Origin: Candidatus Aldehydirespiratoraceae bacterium
GTDB lineage: Bacteria; Actinomycetota; Acidimicrobiia; Acidimicrobiales; Aldehydirespiratoraceae
Length of the DNA: 64,000 nucleotides
NCBI GenBank assembly: GCA_965243715.1
Contig: CBDEVU010000009.1
Coordinates: 195,260 to 259,259 of the forward strand
Reading direction: 5' to 3'
Shown in pieces: positions 47,315 to 56,919 of the stretch. Within the stretch, counting starts at the first letter, position 1, and the number at the start of each line of letters is the position of its first letter. The notes beneath the pieces are model-generated. The model was not told where the DNA came from. It saw only the letters and a list, made by a program, of their open reading frames with translations, and searched no databases. The position numbers were made by a program, and so were the translations under genes.

Positions 47315-48325
47315 ATGCTCGCCGCCGACCCGAGTGCCTCTGCTTTGCCCGCCGAAGGGCGTGACGAACGCGGGTCAGCACTGCAAGTCCTGAGTCTCGA
47401 TGGCGGGGGCTTGCGGGGAATGTTCGCGGCCGCCGCGCTGGCCGCGTGGGAGGAGGACTTCGAGACCTCAGTTGGGAATCACTTTGATCTCGTGGTCGGC
47501 ACCTCGACCGGTGGTCTCCTCGCGCTCGGGCTGGGATTTGGCATCGCCCCGGCCGAGATGCTCTCCATCTATCTGGAGCACGGCGACACAATCTTTCCGC
47601 CGCAGCGCCGACGAGGAATGCTTCGCGGCCTCACCGGTCCGCGGTATGATTCTGCTGGTCTGCGTCGTGTGCTCGAGGAGCAGTTCGGCGACACCATCCT
47701 CGGAGACTCCCGAGTTCGGCTCGCGATCCCGTCATACGACCTTGCCGCGGATCACGTACACCTGTTCCGGACGCCTCATCACCAAGATCTTCGTCGCGAC
47801 TGGCGCGAAACGGTCATCGATGTAGCTCTCGCGACCACCGCCGCTCCGACCTACCTCGCGGTCGCCCCTCTTCGTGAGCACCGGCTGATAGATGGCGGCG
47901 TGTGGGCAAACAACCCGACCCTGGTCGGGGTCGCGGAATGTTTTGATCGACTTGGTGGCCAAAGAGACAGCATTCGGGTACTCAGTGTGGGTACGACAAC
48001 CGAAGTCCGTCACCGGCATGACAGACTCGACCGAGGGGGGCTTGTCGTATGGCGCCGTGATGGCCTTGACGTTGTCATGCGCGGTCAGTCGCTGGCGGCG
48101 ACGAGCCACGCCCAACTCATAGTTGGTCGCGACAATGTTTTTCGCTTCAACGTGCCAACCCCGCAAGGTGTCCACTCCCTCGACGATGTGTCACCACGTG
48201 ATCTCATCGGACGAGCGCACGCTGAGAGCCGAACCCGGTCACCCGCGCTCGCCGGCTTCTTTGACCACGTTCCGCAGCCCTATCAACCCCACTACAGCAA
48301 GGAACCCGCTGATGCCCACGCCTGA
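47315..48325 (+). CDS. Patatin-like phospholipase (CBASS effector, CapE-like)
   Basis: LSLDGGGLRG, GTSTGG (GxSxG), IDGGVWANNP (DGG). Confidence 0.85.
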   Translation: MLAADPSASALPAEGRDERGSALQVLSLDGGGLRGMFAAAALAAWEEDFETSVGNHFDLVVGTSTGGLLALGLGFGIAPAEMLSIYLEHGDTIFPPQRRRGMLRGLTGPRYDSAGLRRVLEEQFGDTILGDSRVRLAIPSYDLAADHVHLFRTPHHQDLRRDWRETVIDVALATTAAPTYLAVAPLREHRLIDGGVWANNPTLVGVAECFDRLGGQRDSIRVLSVGTTTEVRHRHDRLDRGGLVVWRRDGLDVVMRGQSLAATSHAQLIVGRDNVFRFNVPTPQGVHSLDDVSPRDLIGRAHAESRTRSPALAGFFDHVPQPYQPHYSKEPADAHA

Positions 48326-49445
48326 CCCCTCCATCCTCTCGAGGCTTCTCAGCGCCTTGGTCGAGTGCCTCGACATCTCACCGGAGCAGTACGAACTGGC
48401 AGTGCGCAGGTACGAGGATCTCGCTCGCTGGCTCGTCGACCGAGGTATCGGCGACCCTGATGTATATCCCCAAGGCTCATTTCGGCTGGGAACGGTGTTG
48501 CGCCCGACCGCGGATCATGGATTCGACATCGACCTCGTCTTCTTGCGGTTCCTAGCCAAGACCTCGATCACCCAGGGGGAACTCCGTGAGGAGGCCGAGG
48601 AGTTGTTGTTGGTATACATCTCGGAGCGGGGTTCCGCCAACGGCAATCCGATTATCGAGGAGAAGGGGAGGTGTTGGACGCTGGTCTATAAGGACGACTC
48701 GTTTCACTTGGACGTCCTGCCCGTGATCCCTGACGAGGACGGCACAGAGGACGCTATCCTGCTGTCGGACCGAGATCTTCGTGAATGGCAACACAGCAAC
48801 CCGATTGGCTATGCCGACTGGTTTTGGACCCGCATGGGCGAAGCCGCAGTCAAGGGAAGGGCGGACCTAGCCAAGACGCTCAACCGGGACATCGAGGACG
48901 TCCCGCAATGGCTGGTGCGAACAACCCTGCAGCGAGTAGTTCAACTCTTGAAGCTCCATCGAGATCTCTTCTTCTCCGACCATCCTGGAGACAAGCCTGC
49001 CTCCATCCTGATCACCACCCTGGCCACACGAGCCTACGGAGGAGACCACGATCTGTATACCGCATACCGCAAGGTCGCTGCCGCGCTGGTGGACCACATC
49101 GAGGTTCGCGACGACGAATTTTGGGTTCCGAACCCGGCGCATGCGGCTGAGAACTTTGCCGACAAGTGGAACACCACCGCTGACCGCAAACGCCACTTCG
49201 ACTTGTGGGTGTGTGAGATCGTCGTTCAGGCCGATGATTGGGACCGACCGGCCGGCATCGATACCGCCACAGAAGCGCTTGCCGGTGCGTTCGGCGAGTC
49301 GCCGGTGCGGGCTGCCGCTGCCAGTGTGGCAGCGAGCTTCGCCGCGGCGAGTGCGAGTGGCGCTCTTGGCGTTACCGATTCGGGCCGGGTCACGACATCG
49401 CCGACCACTCGTCCGGTGCCGCGACACGATTTTCATGGCGACTAG
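48312..49445 (+). CDS. cGAS/DncV-like nucleotidyltransferase (CD-NTase, SMODS type)
   Basis: YPQGSFRLGTVLRPTADHGFDIDLVF (GS...DxD), second acidic site SFHLDVLP. 14-nt overlap with patatin. Confidence 0.8.
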   Translation: MPTPDPSILSRLLSALVECLDISPEQYELAVRRYEDLARWLVDRGIGDPDVYPQGSFRLGTVLRPTADHGFDIDLVFLRFLAKTSITQGELREEAEELLLVYISERGSANGNPIIEEKGRCWTLVYKDDSFHLDVLPVIPDEDGTEDAILLSDRDLREWQHSNPIGYADWFWTRMGEAAVKGRADLAKTLNRDIEDVPQWLVRTTLQRVVQLLKLHRDLFFSDHPGDKPASILITTLATRAYGGDHDLYTAYRKVAAALVDHIEVRDDEFWVPNPAHAAENFADKWNTTADRKRHFDLWVCEIVVQADDWDRPAGIDTATEALAGAFGESPVRAAAASVAASFAAASASGALGVTDSGRVTTSPTTRPVPRHDFHGD

Positions 49446-49914
49446 GCGGCTTGCCCGACTGGCCGGTACCGCCAAGCGCCTCGATCGGATGTACCCGGAC
49501 GGCAAGGCAACGCTACGTGCCGGAATGCTGCGCTGGATCGGCACTCTTCAGCCGAGCGAAGTCAGCGCCGTCTATCGCGTCGAGCTGATGTATCGACCGC
49601 CGCGGCGGCCGTCAGTGTTCGTTCGCTGGCCCAAGTTGGCGCCCGACGACAAGGGCCACCTCCCGCACATCTACTCCGACGGCAGCCTGTGCTTGTACGA
49701 GGCGGGGCAATGGGGTCACCAGGACCGTATAGATGAAACGGTGCTTCCATGGGCGTGCGAATGGCTACTTCACTATGAGTTCTGGCGGGCGACCGGAGAT
49801 TGGCACGGCAGCGGCGGGAACCACACGGGTACGGTGCACCGACCCGCAACCGGGCACTCTAGTGGCCGTTCTCGTCGCGGGTCGTCGCAGTTGGCCATGC
49901 CGTCAGCAAGGTAG
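49435..49914 (+). CDS. Prokaryotic E2-like (UBC-fold) protein
   Basis: HIYSDGSLCLYEAGQW resembles the HPN...G.ICL...W E2 active-site pattern. ATG overlaps the CD-NTase end. Confidence 0.5.
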   Translation: MATRRLARLAGTAKRLDRMYPDGKATLRAGMLRWIGTLQPSEVSAVYRVELMYRPPRRPSVFVRWPKLAPDDKGHLPHIYSDGSLCLYEAGQWGHQDRIDETVLPWACEWLLHYEFWRATGDWHGSGGNHTGTVHRPATGHSSGRSRRGSSQLAMPSAR

Positions 49915-50217
49915 AACCGTCGCTCTCGTACCGCACAATCCGGTAGTAGTACGCGTTCGCCGACTATACAAGGCCAGGTGAACGAGTCGAACTGAGGCTG
50001 GTCAGTGGCCGACGCCGGCGGTGGCGCTGCGGTTCCAGCAGACCGAGGTTCGGTCTCAGGGGCGCATCAGTACGAGGCGATCCCGCCGTTTTGGCTTCCC
50101 TGACGAACCCGGATTGCAGGGAGTACGCCGAGTAGCCCGGAGCGTGGGGCGCGAGATATTCGAGGTTTTCTGTTCTAAAGCTACGGGCGAGCCGGAGACA
50201 GCGAGCATAACTGTACG

Positions 50218-50620
50218 GTGGCACGGTCCGATCTAGTCATCGATCTCATCGAAGCCGAACGCCTCGGCGACAAGGCCCGGTTCCGTTCGCTGGTCGAGAC
50301 TGTCCTTGCCGAGGGGCGGGCCAAGAGCCATCATCTGGGCGCGGATCGACTAGCGGAACTGATCACGACCTCTGGCGTAGAGCACCGGCCACCTAGAGAC
50401 GCCGCCGCTGGGGCCGTTGGCGATCTGTTGGACGAGATTGTGCCCCAACATCGACTCGCAGACCTGACCCTCGATCCTGCGGTTCGGTCATTGATTGATC
50501 TCGCCGTGGGGGGGGGCGTGACGTCCCTGGTAGGACTGGACGGGGGTTCGTCGTGGGGGCCCAGGTTCATGACGGCAGCAGTGGTGGTTGGCGATCGAGA
50601 CCACCGTGGAGGTGGTCGGT
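50218..50620 (+). pseudogene. N-terminal fragment of an AAA-type ATPase, lost into the ISL3 remnant
   Basis: MARSDLVIDLIEAERLGDKARFRSLVETVLAEGRAKSHHLGADRLAELI...LADLTLDPAVRSLIDLAV, then a G9 tract (50508..50516) and junk. Confidence 0.4.
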
Positions 50621-51417
50621 TGTGAGGTGTGCGGCACTTGGGCGGTGCTCAGGCAGAGCGGGCCTGAGCCGAGATCGCTCGCCGAGTCGGGCCGGCTGTG
50701 AGTCCGTCGCGGGGGCCGCGTGTAGCTTCGGAGTGGTGTGCTCCACTGCGATGGACGCGGTGCGCTACCACGGCCGACCCCCGGATCGGTCACATCTCGA
50801 GACTGGGGACACCGACGGTGACCTGGATCGTCGACTTGGACCGAGGTCAGTTCGTCGATGTGAGTCCGGCCCGCAGCGCCGCGGTGGTCGAGGACTGGCT
50901 CGACGCGAAGCTAGCGCGGTAGGCTGAGCGGATCCGTCACGCCGTGATCGACCCCTAGCAGCCCTACGCGACCGCGCTCGCGAACCAGTCGCCTGACGTG
51001 AAGTTGGTCGTTGATCACTTCCACGTGATCTGCCTGGCCAACCAAGCTCTAGGTGATGTCCGCCACCGAGTCCAGCACGACACTTTGGGGCATCGAGGCC
51101 GCAAAGACGACCCGTTGTATCGTATCCGCCGACGACTGTTGGCAGCTCACGAGATCCTGGCTCCCAATGGCTTCGAAAGGGTACTCATGTGGCTCGAGCA
51201 TGGAGATCCCGACGGCGAGGTCGCCATCGCCTACCCGGCTAAGGAACAACTGCGCGAGGTCTGTGACGCTCAGATTGTCTTCAACGCCTGCCGCTGGGAG
51301 ACCGCGCTGCTGCGTTGGGCACCACATGGAAGACTTGTTCCGCACCATCAATATGAGGCTGCCAACCTAGCTCGGTCGCGTAGAGCCTCCATAGGGTTCA
51401 ACGTGTTGACCCAGTGA
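50620..51417 (+). mobile_element. ISL3-family transposase pseudogene (internal deletion, stops)
   Basis: CEVCGTWAV (Zn-finger end); TWIVDLDRGQFVDVSPARSAAVVEDWL; VVDHFHVICLANQALGDVRHRVQHDTLGHRGRKDDPLYRIRRRLL. Confidence 0.7.
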
Positions 51418-51446
51418 CACTGCCGGGATATCGTGAGACGCCGCGC

Positions 51447-51850
51447 TTAGGCGAACTCCGTGGGGCTGAGCAGTCCGTGGACGTGGTGTGGCGACTTGTT
51501 GTGATAGTCGATAAGCGAGTCCTGGATGTGGACCTAGGCTTCGAGCACGCTGCGAAGTATCAGCTGTTCAACAGCTCGTCGCGGAGCTTACCGTTGGACG
51601 ATTCGATCCAGGCCACTGCCATGGAGATCAGCGATCGATGAAGGTCTACCGATGTCGGTCGAACCGGCGCCACCCCGCCACGTCATGCACGATGAACTCG
51701 CCGCCATTGTCGGATCTCATGAAGGCATTGGAGCTGCGCACCGTTGCTACCTAGTTGAGGACCTCAACGACGGTCTCGGCGTCGAGGCGACGATCCACGA
51801 CGATAGTTGGCATTCACGGGGGTAATCCTCGAACACGTTCAACATCTTCA
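51447..51850 (-). pseudogene. rve-type transposase C-terminal remnant
   Basis: Hand translation of the minus strand ends ...YHNKSPHHVHGLLSPTEFA-stop, with several internal stops upstream. Confidence 0.4.
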
Positions 51851-51909
51851 GTACCTTGGCATCAAGGCGTACTCGACAGCCTCAAACTCGTCATAGTTTG
51901 AGGAGCCGA

Positions 51910-52920
51910 CTATTCTCGTCCCTTTTGGCGGTCGACGAGGCGGTTGAGAAGGATCGCTCCCAGAATGACTACTCCTGTCATTACCATCTGATAGAAGGAT
52001 CCCAATCCGAGGAGGTTGAAGATGTTGCGGAGCACTTGAAGCAGCATTACGGCGAAGAAGGTGCCTAGCATGCTGCCGCGGCCACCAAATAGGCTCGTTC
52101 CGCCAAGAACGACGGCCGCGATTGCGTCGAGTTCCATGCCCTGTGCAGCTGTTGGCTGTCCGATTCCGAGACGGCCGGTGATCATCATGCCACCTAGCGC
52201 AGCTGTCAATCCCGACAGCCCGAACGCGGCGACGACGATCAGTTTCGTGGGTACGCCGGACAGCCGTGCCGCTTCCGGATTGCCTCCGGTGGCATAGACA
52301 TACTCTCCAAATACTGTCAGACGAAGAATGATGCCCGAAATCGCGGCGGCGGCGACGAAGATGATTGCCATGGAGGCCACAGAGAACCCAGGCAGGATTG
52401 GAACTGAGGTTAAAGTGAGGGTGGAGAGTTCGTTCGGTAGTCCGCTTACAGGGACGCCATCGGTCAGCAGAAACGTCCCACCGCGGAACGCGACCAGCCC
52501 TGACAGAGTGACGATGAAACTTGGAACGTCGGCGAAAGCGGTGATGCCGCCCATTAGCAGACCGGCGCTCATCCCGATCAAAAGAGTCAATGCGATCGCC
52601 AATCCCGGACTGATCCCGTTCGTCATGAATACCGCAACCAGCATGCCCGAGAACGCGGCCACGCTCCCGACTGCGAGATCGATGTTGGCGGTGAGGATGA
52701 CGAATGTCATGCCCACTGACACGACTCCAAGAACTGCTGCTTGTTGAAAAAGGTTGGAGATGTTGCCTGAGGTCAAGAAATCATCGGACAGGATCGATGC
52801 CGCTGCGAATACAGCAAAGAAGATCAGAATGAAGTTGTAGTCGACAACGAGATCAATGACCGGGCGACGCCCGTTGCCCGGCTCGCCGTCATGTTGCGCC
52901 GCAAGACCTGTGTCGCTCAT
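51910..52920 (-). CDS. Sugar ABC transporter permease (RbsC/branched-monosaccharide type)
   Basis: 336 aa, ~9 TM. TANIDLAVGSVAAFSGM, GGTSLFGGRGS. Confidence 0.85.
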   Translation of the reverse strand: MSDTGLAAQHDGEPGNGRRPVIDLVVDYNFILIFFAVFAAASILSDDFLTSGNISNLFQQAAVLGVVSVGMTFVILTANIDLAVGSVAAFSGMLVAVFMTNGISPGLAIALTLLIGMSAGLLMGGITAFADVPSFIVTLSGLVAFRGGTFLLTDGVPVSGLPNELSTLTLTSVPILPGFSVASMAIIFVAAAAISGIILRLTVFGEYVYATGGNPEAARLSGVPTKLIVVAAFGLSGLTAALGGMMITGRLGIGQPTAAQGMELDAIAAVVLGGTSLFGGRGSMLGTFFAVMLLQVLRNIFNLLGLGSFYQMVMTGVVILGAILLNRLVDRQKGRE

Positions 52921-54406
52921 GGCGTGTCCTCCCGCCTACGATTGAATGGAGAATTTCATCAGGAGAGGTAGCTTGAGCGTCGTAAAGCGAAACGTTTTTG
53001 CCATCCCTGAAGATCCAGATCGAGTCGCAGACGGCGTACAGTTCCTCGATCTCGCTGCTCGCGATCAACACCGCCGCACCGTCGTCGGCTAAGGCGCGAA
53101 CTAGTTCGTATAGGTCGGACTTCGCTCCGAGGTCTAGGCCGCGAGACGGCTCGTTCATTAGTAGAACGTCCGCACCGCTCAACACCCATTTCGATAGCAC
53201 AACTTTTTGTTGATTGCCCCCGGACAGTTGGATCACTGGTTGTTCCAGTCGCGAGTACTTGGTCGCGAGCCTGTGGAGCACTCGCTCAGCCTGCTTGTGC
53301 CGGGAAGATCTTCGGAGCGCGATGGAGCCCGCCAAGGAGGCCAGAATGCTGTTGCGAGCGATACCGGCACCCAGAACGAGTCCATCCGACTTGCGGCTCT
53401 TTGTGACTAGGCCGAGGCCTCGGCCAACCGCATCGGAGGGCCGATGTGGGCTGAATGGTTCGCCGTGTAGGAATATCTTCCCGTCAAACGGCTCCGCGCC
53501 AAACAATGCCCGCAAGAACCCCGTTCGACCGGATCCGCTAAGGCCGGTGAGCCCAGATATCTCTCCGCGTCTGAGTTGAAGGTCACGAACGTCCAGTCCA
53601 TGGGGCGACTTCATCTCGATGACGTGGAGCGCGACGTCGCCGATTAGCTGCGGACGCTCCTGTCTATCCACGAGAACGCGTTCATCACCGACGATGGCTG
53701 AGATGAGTCTTTGCTCGTCCGCGTCGGCGATGTCGAATGTCTCGATCGTCCGCCCACCGCGGAGAACGGTAACCCGATCCCCGATCTCAAGTATCTCGTG
53801 CAACCGATGGCTCGTGTAGACCACCGCTACTCCGTCGCGTGTGATCTCGCGGATCACAGCGAATACATGAGCGAGTTCCCGGGAGTTGAGCGCCGCTGAT
53901 GGTTCGTCCATGATGAGCAACCGCGCGTTCATGGTCAACGCTCGAGCGATCGCTGTGAATTGTTGATTGGCGACAGAGAGCGTGCCTACATCAGCGCGGG
54001 GATCTATATCGCACTTGATCCTCGCGAGTGTCTCACGTGCCAAGCGTCGGCGCTTCTTCTTGCTGATCACGCCTCGTCGGTTCGGGACGTGCCCGAGGAA
54101 GAGATTCTGCTCGACGGAGAGCTGCGGGACGAGATCGAGCTCCTGATAGATCATGGCGATACCCACGCTTGACGCGTCTGACGGCGACCGAACTCGAAAC
54201 TCTTGCCCCGAGAAAAGAACCTGCCCTGCGCTGGGGCGAATCGCACCAGAAACAATCTTCATGAGCGTCGACTTACCCGCGCCGTTCGCGCCGATGATGC
54301 AGTGCACCTCGCCCTCGACGACTGAGAGCGTTGCGTCTGTCAAAGCGACAGTGCGTGGTGGAAAGGTCTTTGTGACGCCGTCGAGCGACAAGATCTCATT
54401 CGTCAT
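52889..54406 (-). CDS. Sugar ABC transporter ATP-binding protein (duplicated ABC domains, RbsA-like)
   Basis: GANGAGKST, LSVANQQFTAIARA, MDEPSAAL; second half LSGGNQQKVVLSKW, LLMNEPSRGLD. Likely start MTNEILSLDG. Confidence 0.85.
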   Translation of the reverse strand: MTNEILSLDGVTKTFPPRTVALTDATLSVVEGEVHCIIGANGAGKSTLMKIVSGAIRPSAGQVLFSGQEFRVRSPSDASSVGIAMIYQELDLVPQLSVEQNLFLGHVPNRRGVISKKKRRRLARETLARIKCDIDPRADVGTLSVANQQFTAIARALTMNARLLIMDEPSAALNSRELAHVFAVIREITRDGVAVVYTSHRLHEILEIGDRVTVLRGGRTIETFDIADADEQRLISAIVGDERVLVDRQERPQLIGDVALHVIEMKSPHGLDVRDLQLRRGEISGLTGLSGSGRTGFLRALFGAEPFDGKIFLHGEPFSPHRPSDAVGRGLGLVTKSRKSDGLVLGAGIARNSILASLAGSIALRRSSRHKQAERVLHRLATKYSRLEQPVIQLSGGNQQKVVLSKWVLSGADVLLMNEPSRGLDLGAKSDLYELVRALADDGAAVLIASSEIEELYAVCDSIWIFRDGKNVSLYDAQATSPDEILHSIVGGRTRHERHRSCGAT

Positions 54407-55382
54407 AACGCCCTCCGACAAGTTCGGTGGCAACTGAGGAGTCCGTAACAAGCACGTTGACAAAACCTGCCTGTAGTGCAGCGCGTGTTATCCCCTGCTT
54501 GTTCTCGCCGGCGGCGACTCCAATCGATAGTCGTTTGTCGCGAAGCCGTTGCAGCTCCAGCCCCACGGTCCTGCTGTCGAGTTCGCGGTTCACGATCGTC
54601 CCGCTGATGTCAATGAATCGACCTAGCACATCTCCCACGGCGTTGGCCTGTGTGAGCTGCGCGAACTCGTCGTCGTCGACGTACCCAGAGCGTGGGAGTA
54701 CCGAGAGTTCGCTCATCGATCCCAGACCAAAGCAGGCGACGGGTGCGGAATCTGCCATCGCGAGGATGTCGGCTATCACAGGATCCGATTCGAGGGCGTC
54801 TCGAGTCTCGGGCCGCCCGACGACCGCTGGTACAGGGAGAACGATGGCGGTCCCCCCGGCGGTGCGCGCTATCTCCTCAGCGACTCCGGGAGGGTTTGCC
54901 AGCTCAGGACGCACGATCGTCGAACCGTTGAGCATCACCACTTGAAGCCCGGGTCGCCACATGAACGGAAGCGCGGTCGCGATCACTGACATCGTCCGGC
55001 CCCAAGAGACTCCGAGGACGTCGATGGACGATCGAAGCGACGTCAGGTATAGAGCAGCGGCGTGGCCAACCGCGCGAAACGCAGACTCCTGATCTCCGGG
55101 AACCACCACGGCATCGACTAGACCCCACTTTCGCTGGAGACGGACCTCTAAGTCGGTGTCGCGTCCGATTCTAGGCAAGATTTCGACGCGAACGAGACCT
55201 TCGTCTCGGGCGTCTGCCAATAGCCTGCTGACCTGCCATCGCGTGAGGCCGAGGGATCGGGCGATGGCTGTTTGGGTGTCGCCGAGGGCGTGGTATCGCT
55301 TTGCAACTTTGATGATGAGATTTTGTCGTTCCTCACCGGTTGGTAGTCGTGCTGGCTGCATCCTGGCTTGTTCAGCGCTCAA
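54396..55382 (-). CDS. SorC/DeoR-type sugar-binding transcriptional regulator
   Basis: HTH TQTAIARSLGLTRWQVSRLLADARDEGLVRVEI plus sugar-binding domain. Confidence 0.8.
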   Translation of the reverse strand: MSAEQARMQPARLPTGEERQNLIIKVAKRYHALGDTQTAIARSLGLTRWQVSRLLADARDEGLVRVEILPRIGRDTDLEVRLQRKWGLVDAVVVPGDQESAFRAVGHAAALYLTSLRSSIDVLGVSWGRTMSVIATALPFMWRPGLQVVMLNGSTIVRPELANPPGVAEEIARTAGGTAIVLPVPAVVGRPETRDALESDPVIADILAMADSAPVACFGLGSMSELSVLPRSGYVDDDEFAQLTQANAVGDVLGRFIDISGTIVNRELDSRTVGLELQRLRDKRLSIGVAAGENKQGITRAALQAGFVNVLVTDSSVATELVGGRYDE

Positions 55383-56902
55383 TTGTCTCTCCGATCTTCT
55401 TGCTGTCTCGCCAGCTCTCGAAGCACTGGTGCGGCATCCTCGGTGGCTGCCCTGTACAGGTGTAGCCGATCACGGTAGGCCGTCCTTTGTTCGGCGGACG
55501 GTTGAGTGGTCTGCGCTGTAGCAGCCATTTCGCGTGCGGCTTTCGAGAGCTTGTCGAATTGCCCTAGGGCGTAGACCGCTGCGACGGCTGCGCCCCGCAG
55601 TGTCAGGTTCTCTGAAGTGACCAGGTCGGTGGGAACACCCACTGCGTCGACAGTGGACTGCATCCACAAGGGATTCTTGCAGATCCCGCCAGCCATGACG
55701 ACACGTTCCGGGAGGAGGTTGGACGCTTCGAGCGTCGCGAAGATGTTCGCGGTGCCCAGAGCGACGCCATCGACCAGCGATCTATAGAGGTCGGCTCGGG
55801 TGTGTCCGAGAGTAAGGCCGAGAAGTGCGCCGCGTAGTCGCTCGTCTCGGTAGGGCGTGCGGTTTCCCATCCAGTGATCAAGGACCAGGAGGCTCGCGTC
55901 GGGGGATGCTGTTTCGCACTCCTGGATCAAGGCCTGATGCTCGGCGTCGGTTAGATTCAGTAGATCGTGCACGAACCAGGAGATCACGGACCCGGAAGAT
56001 GTCTGACCGGCCTCAAGCAGCCATTGGTCCGGCACTAGTACGTCCGGATACGGACCCCAAAACCCCTTTACCTGATGCGGCTCGGTGTAGCGACCGAGAA
56101 CGACCGTGGAGGTCCCAGCGACGACGAGGATGTCACCTTGATCAACGCAGCCGGCGCCGAGCATCGCCATATGAGCGTCGATTCCGCCCTGTACAACCAT
56201 TGGCCGATTCGCAAGTCCGATTTCCTCGGCGGCTTCTGTTGTCAATGTTCCGAGCGGCATGCCCACCGGGACGATAGGTGTCGGGAGTTTGTCTGGCAGC
56301 TCAGGAACCTCCAGACTCTCGAAAAGATCCCGGGGAAAGTCACCCGCTGGGCGGTCGTAGTTCCACTTACAGGTAGCGTTCAGCTCTGATCCGGCCCATA
56401 CCCCGGTCAGGTGATGGTTGACGAAGTCGAGTGTCTCGCAAATTACTTCGGATCCACTGAAGATGTCGGGTTGGTGTCGCTTCAACCACATCGCCTTTGG
56501 AACGAGCCACTCAGCAGCGTCAGCACCGCCGCTGAAGTCCATCACCGGATGGTCCACGTCGGCGGTACGACGCGCTTCGGCGGAGGCTCGGGTGTCCATC
56601 CACAGTATTGCGGGCCGGGTCGGCAGCCCTCGTGAGCTACATGCGACGACGGTCGACGATGTGGCCGCAACACACACCGCGGCTACCCCATCGACACTCG
56701 CGTCTGTGAGTGCATGCCAAGAGGCTGTGCGCATCGCCACGATCCAGTCATCTGGATCCTGCTCCGCCCACGACGGCCGAGGAAACACAGTTCGATAGCC
56801 TGCATCACCGTAGCCGATGAACTGGCCGCGGGGGACAGAGAACACGCCTGCCCTGACGCCCCCTGTGCCGAAGTCAAAGGCGAGAACATTCTGTTGAGTC
56901 AC
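55379..56902 (-). CDS. FGGY-family carbohydrate kinase
   Basis: LAFDFGTGGVRAG N-terminus, GGICKNPLWMQ C-terminal motif. 507 aa. Confidence 0.85.
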   Translation of the reverse strand: MTQQNVLAFDFGTGGVRAGVFSVPRGQFIGYGDAGYRTVFPRPSWAEQDPDDWIVAMRTASWHALTDASVDGVAAVCVAATSSTVVACSSRGLPTRPAILWMDTRASAEARRTADVDHPVMDFSGGADAAEWLVPKAMWLKRHQPDIFSGSEVICETLDFVNHHLTGVWAGSELNATCKWNYDRPAGDFPRDLFESLEVPELPDKLPTPIVPVGMPLGTLTTEAAEEIGLANRPMVVQGGIDAHMAMLGAGCVDQGDILVVAGTSTVVLGRYTEPHQVKGFWGPYPDVLVPDQWLLEAGQTSSGSVISWFVHDLLNLTDAEHQALIQECETASPDASLLVLDHWMGNRTPYRDERLRGALLGLTLGHTRADLYRSLVDGVALGTANIFATLEASNLLPERVVMAGGICKNPLWMQSTVDAVGVPTDLVTSENLTLRGAAVAAVYALGQFDKLSKAAREMAATAQTTQPSAEQRTAYRDRLHLYRAATEDAAPVLRELARQQEDRRDN

Positions 56903-56919
56903 AGTGAGTCTATTTCTAG

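Noticed and set aside
49964-50236. ORFs between the E2-like gene and the AAA fragment (86 aa on the minus strand, 71 aa on the plus strand)
   Set aside because: No motif, poor composition and no RBS. Probably intergenic.
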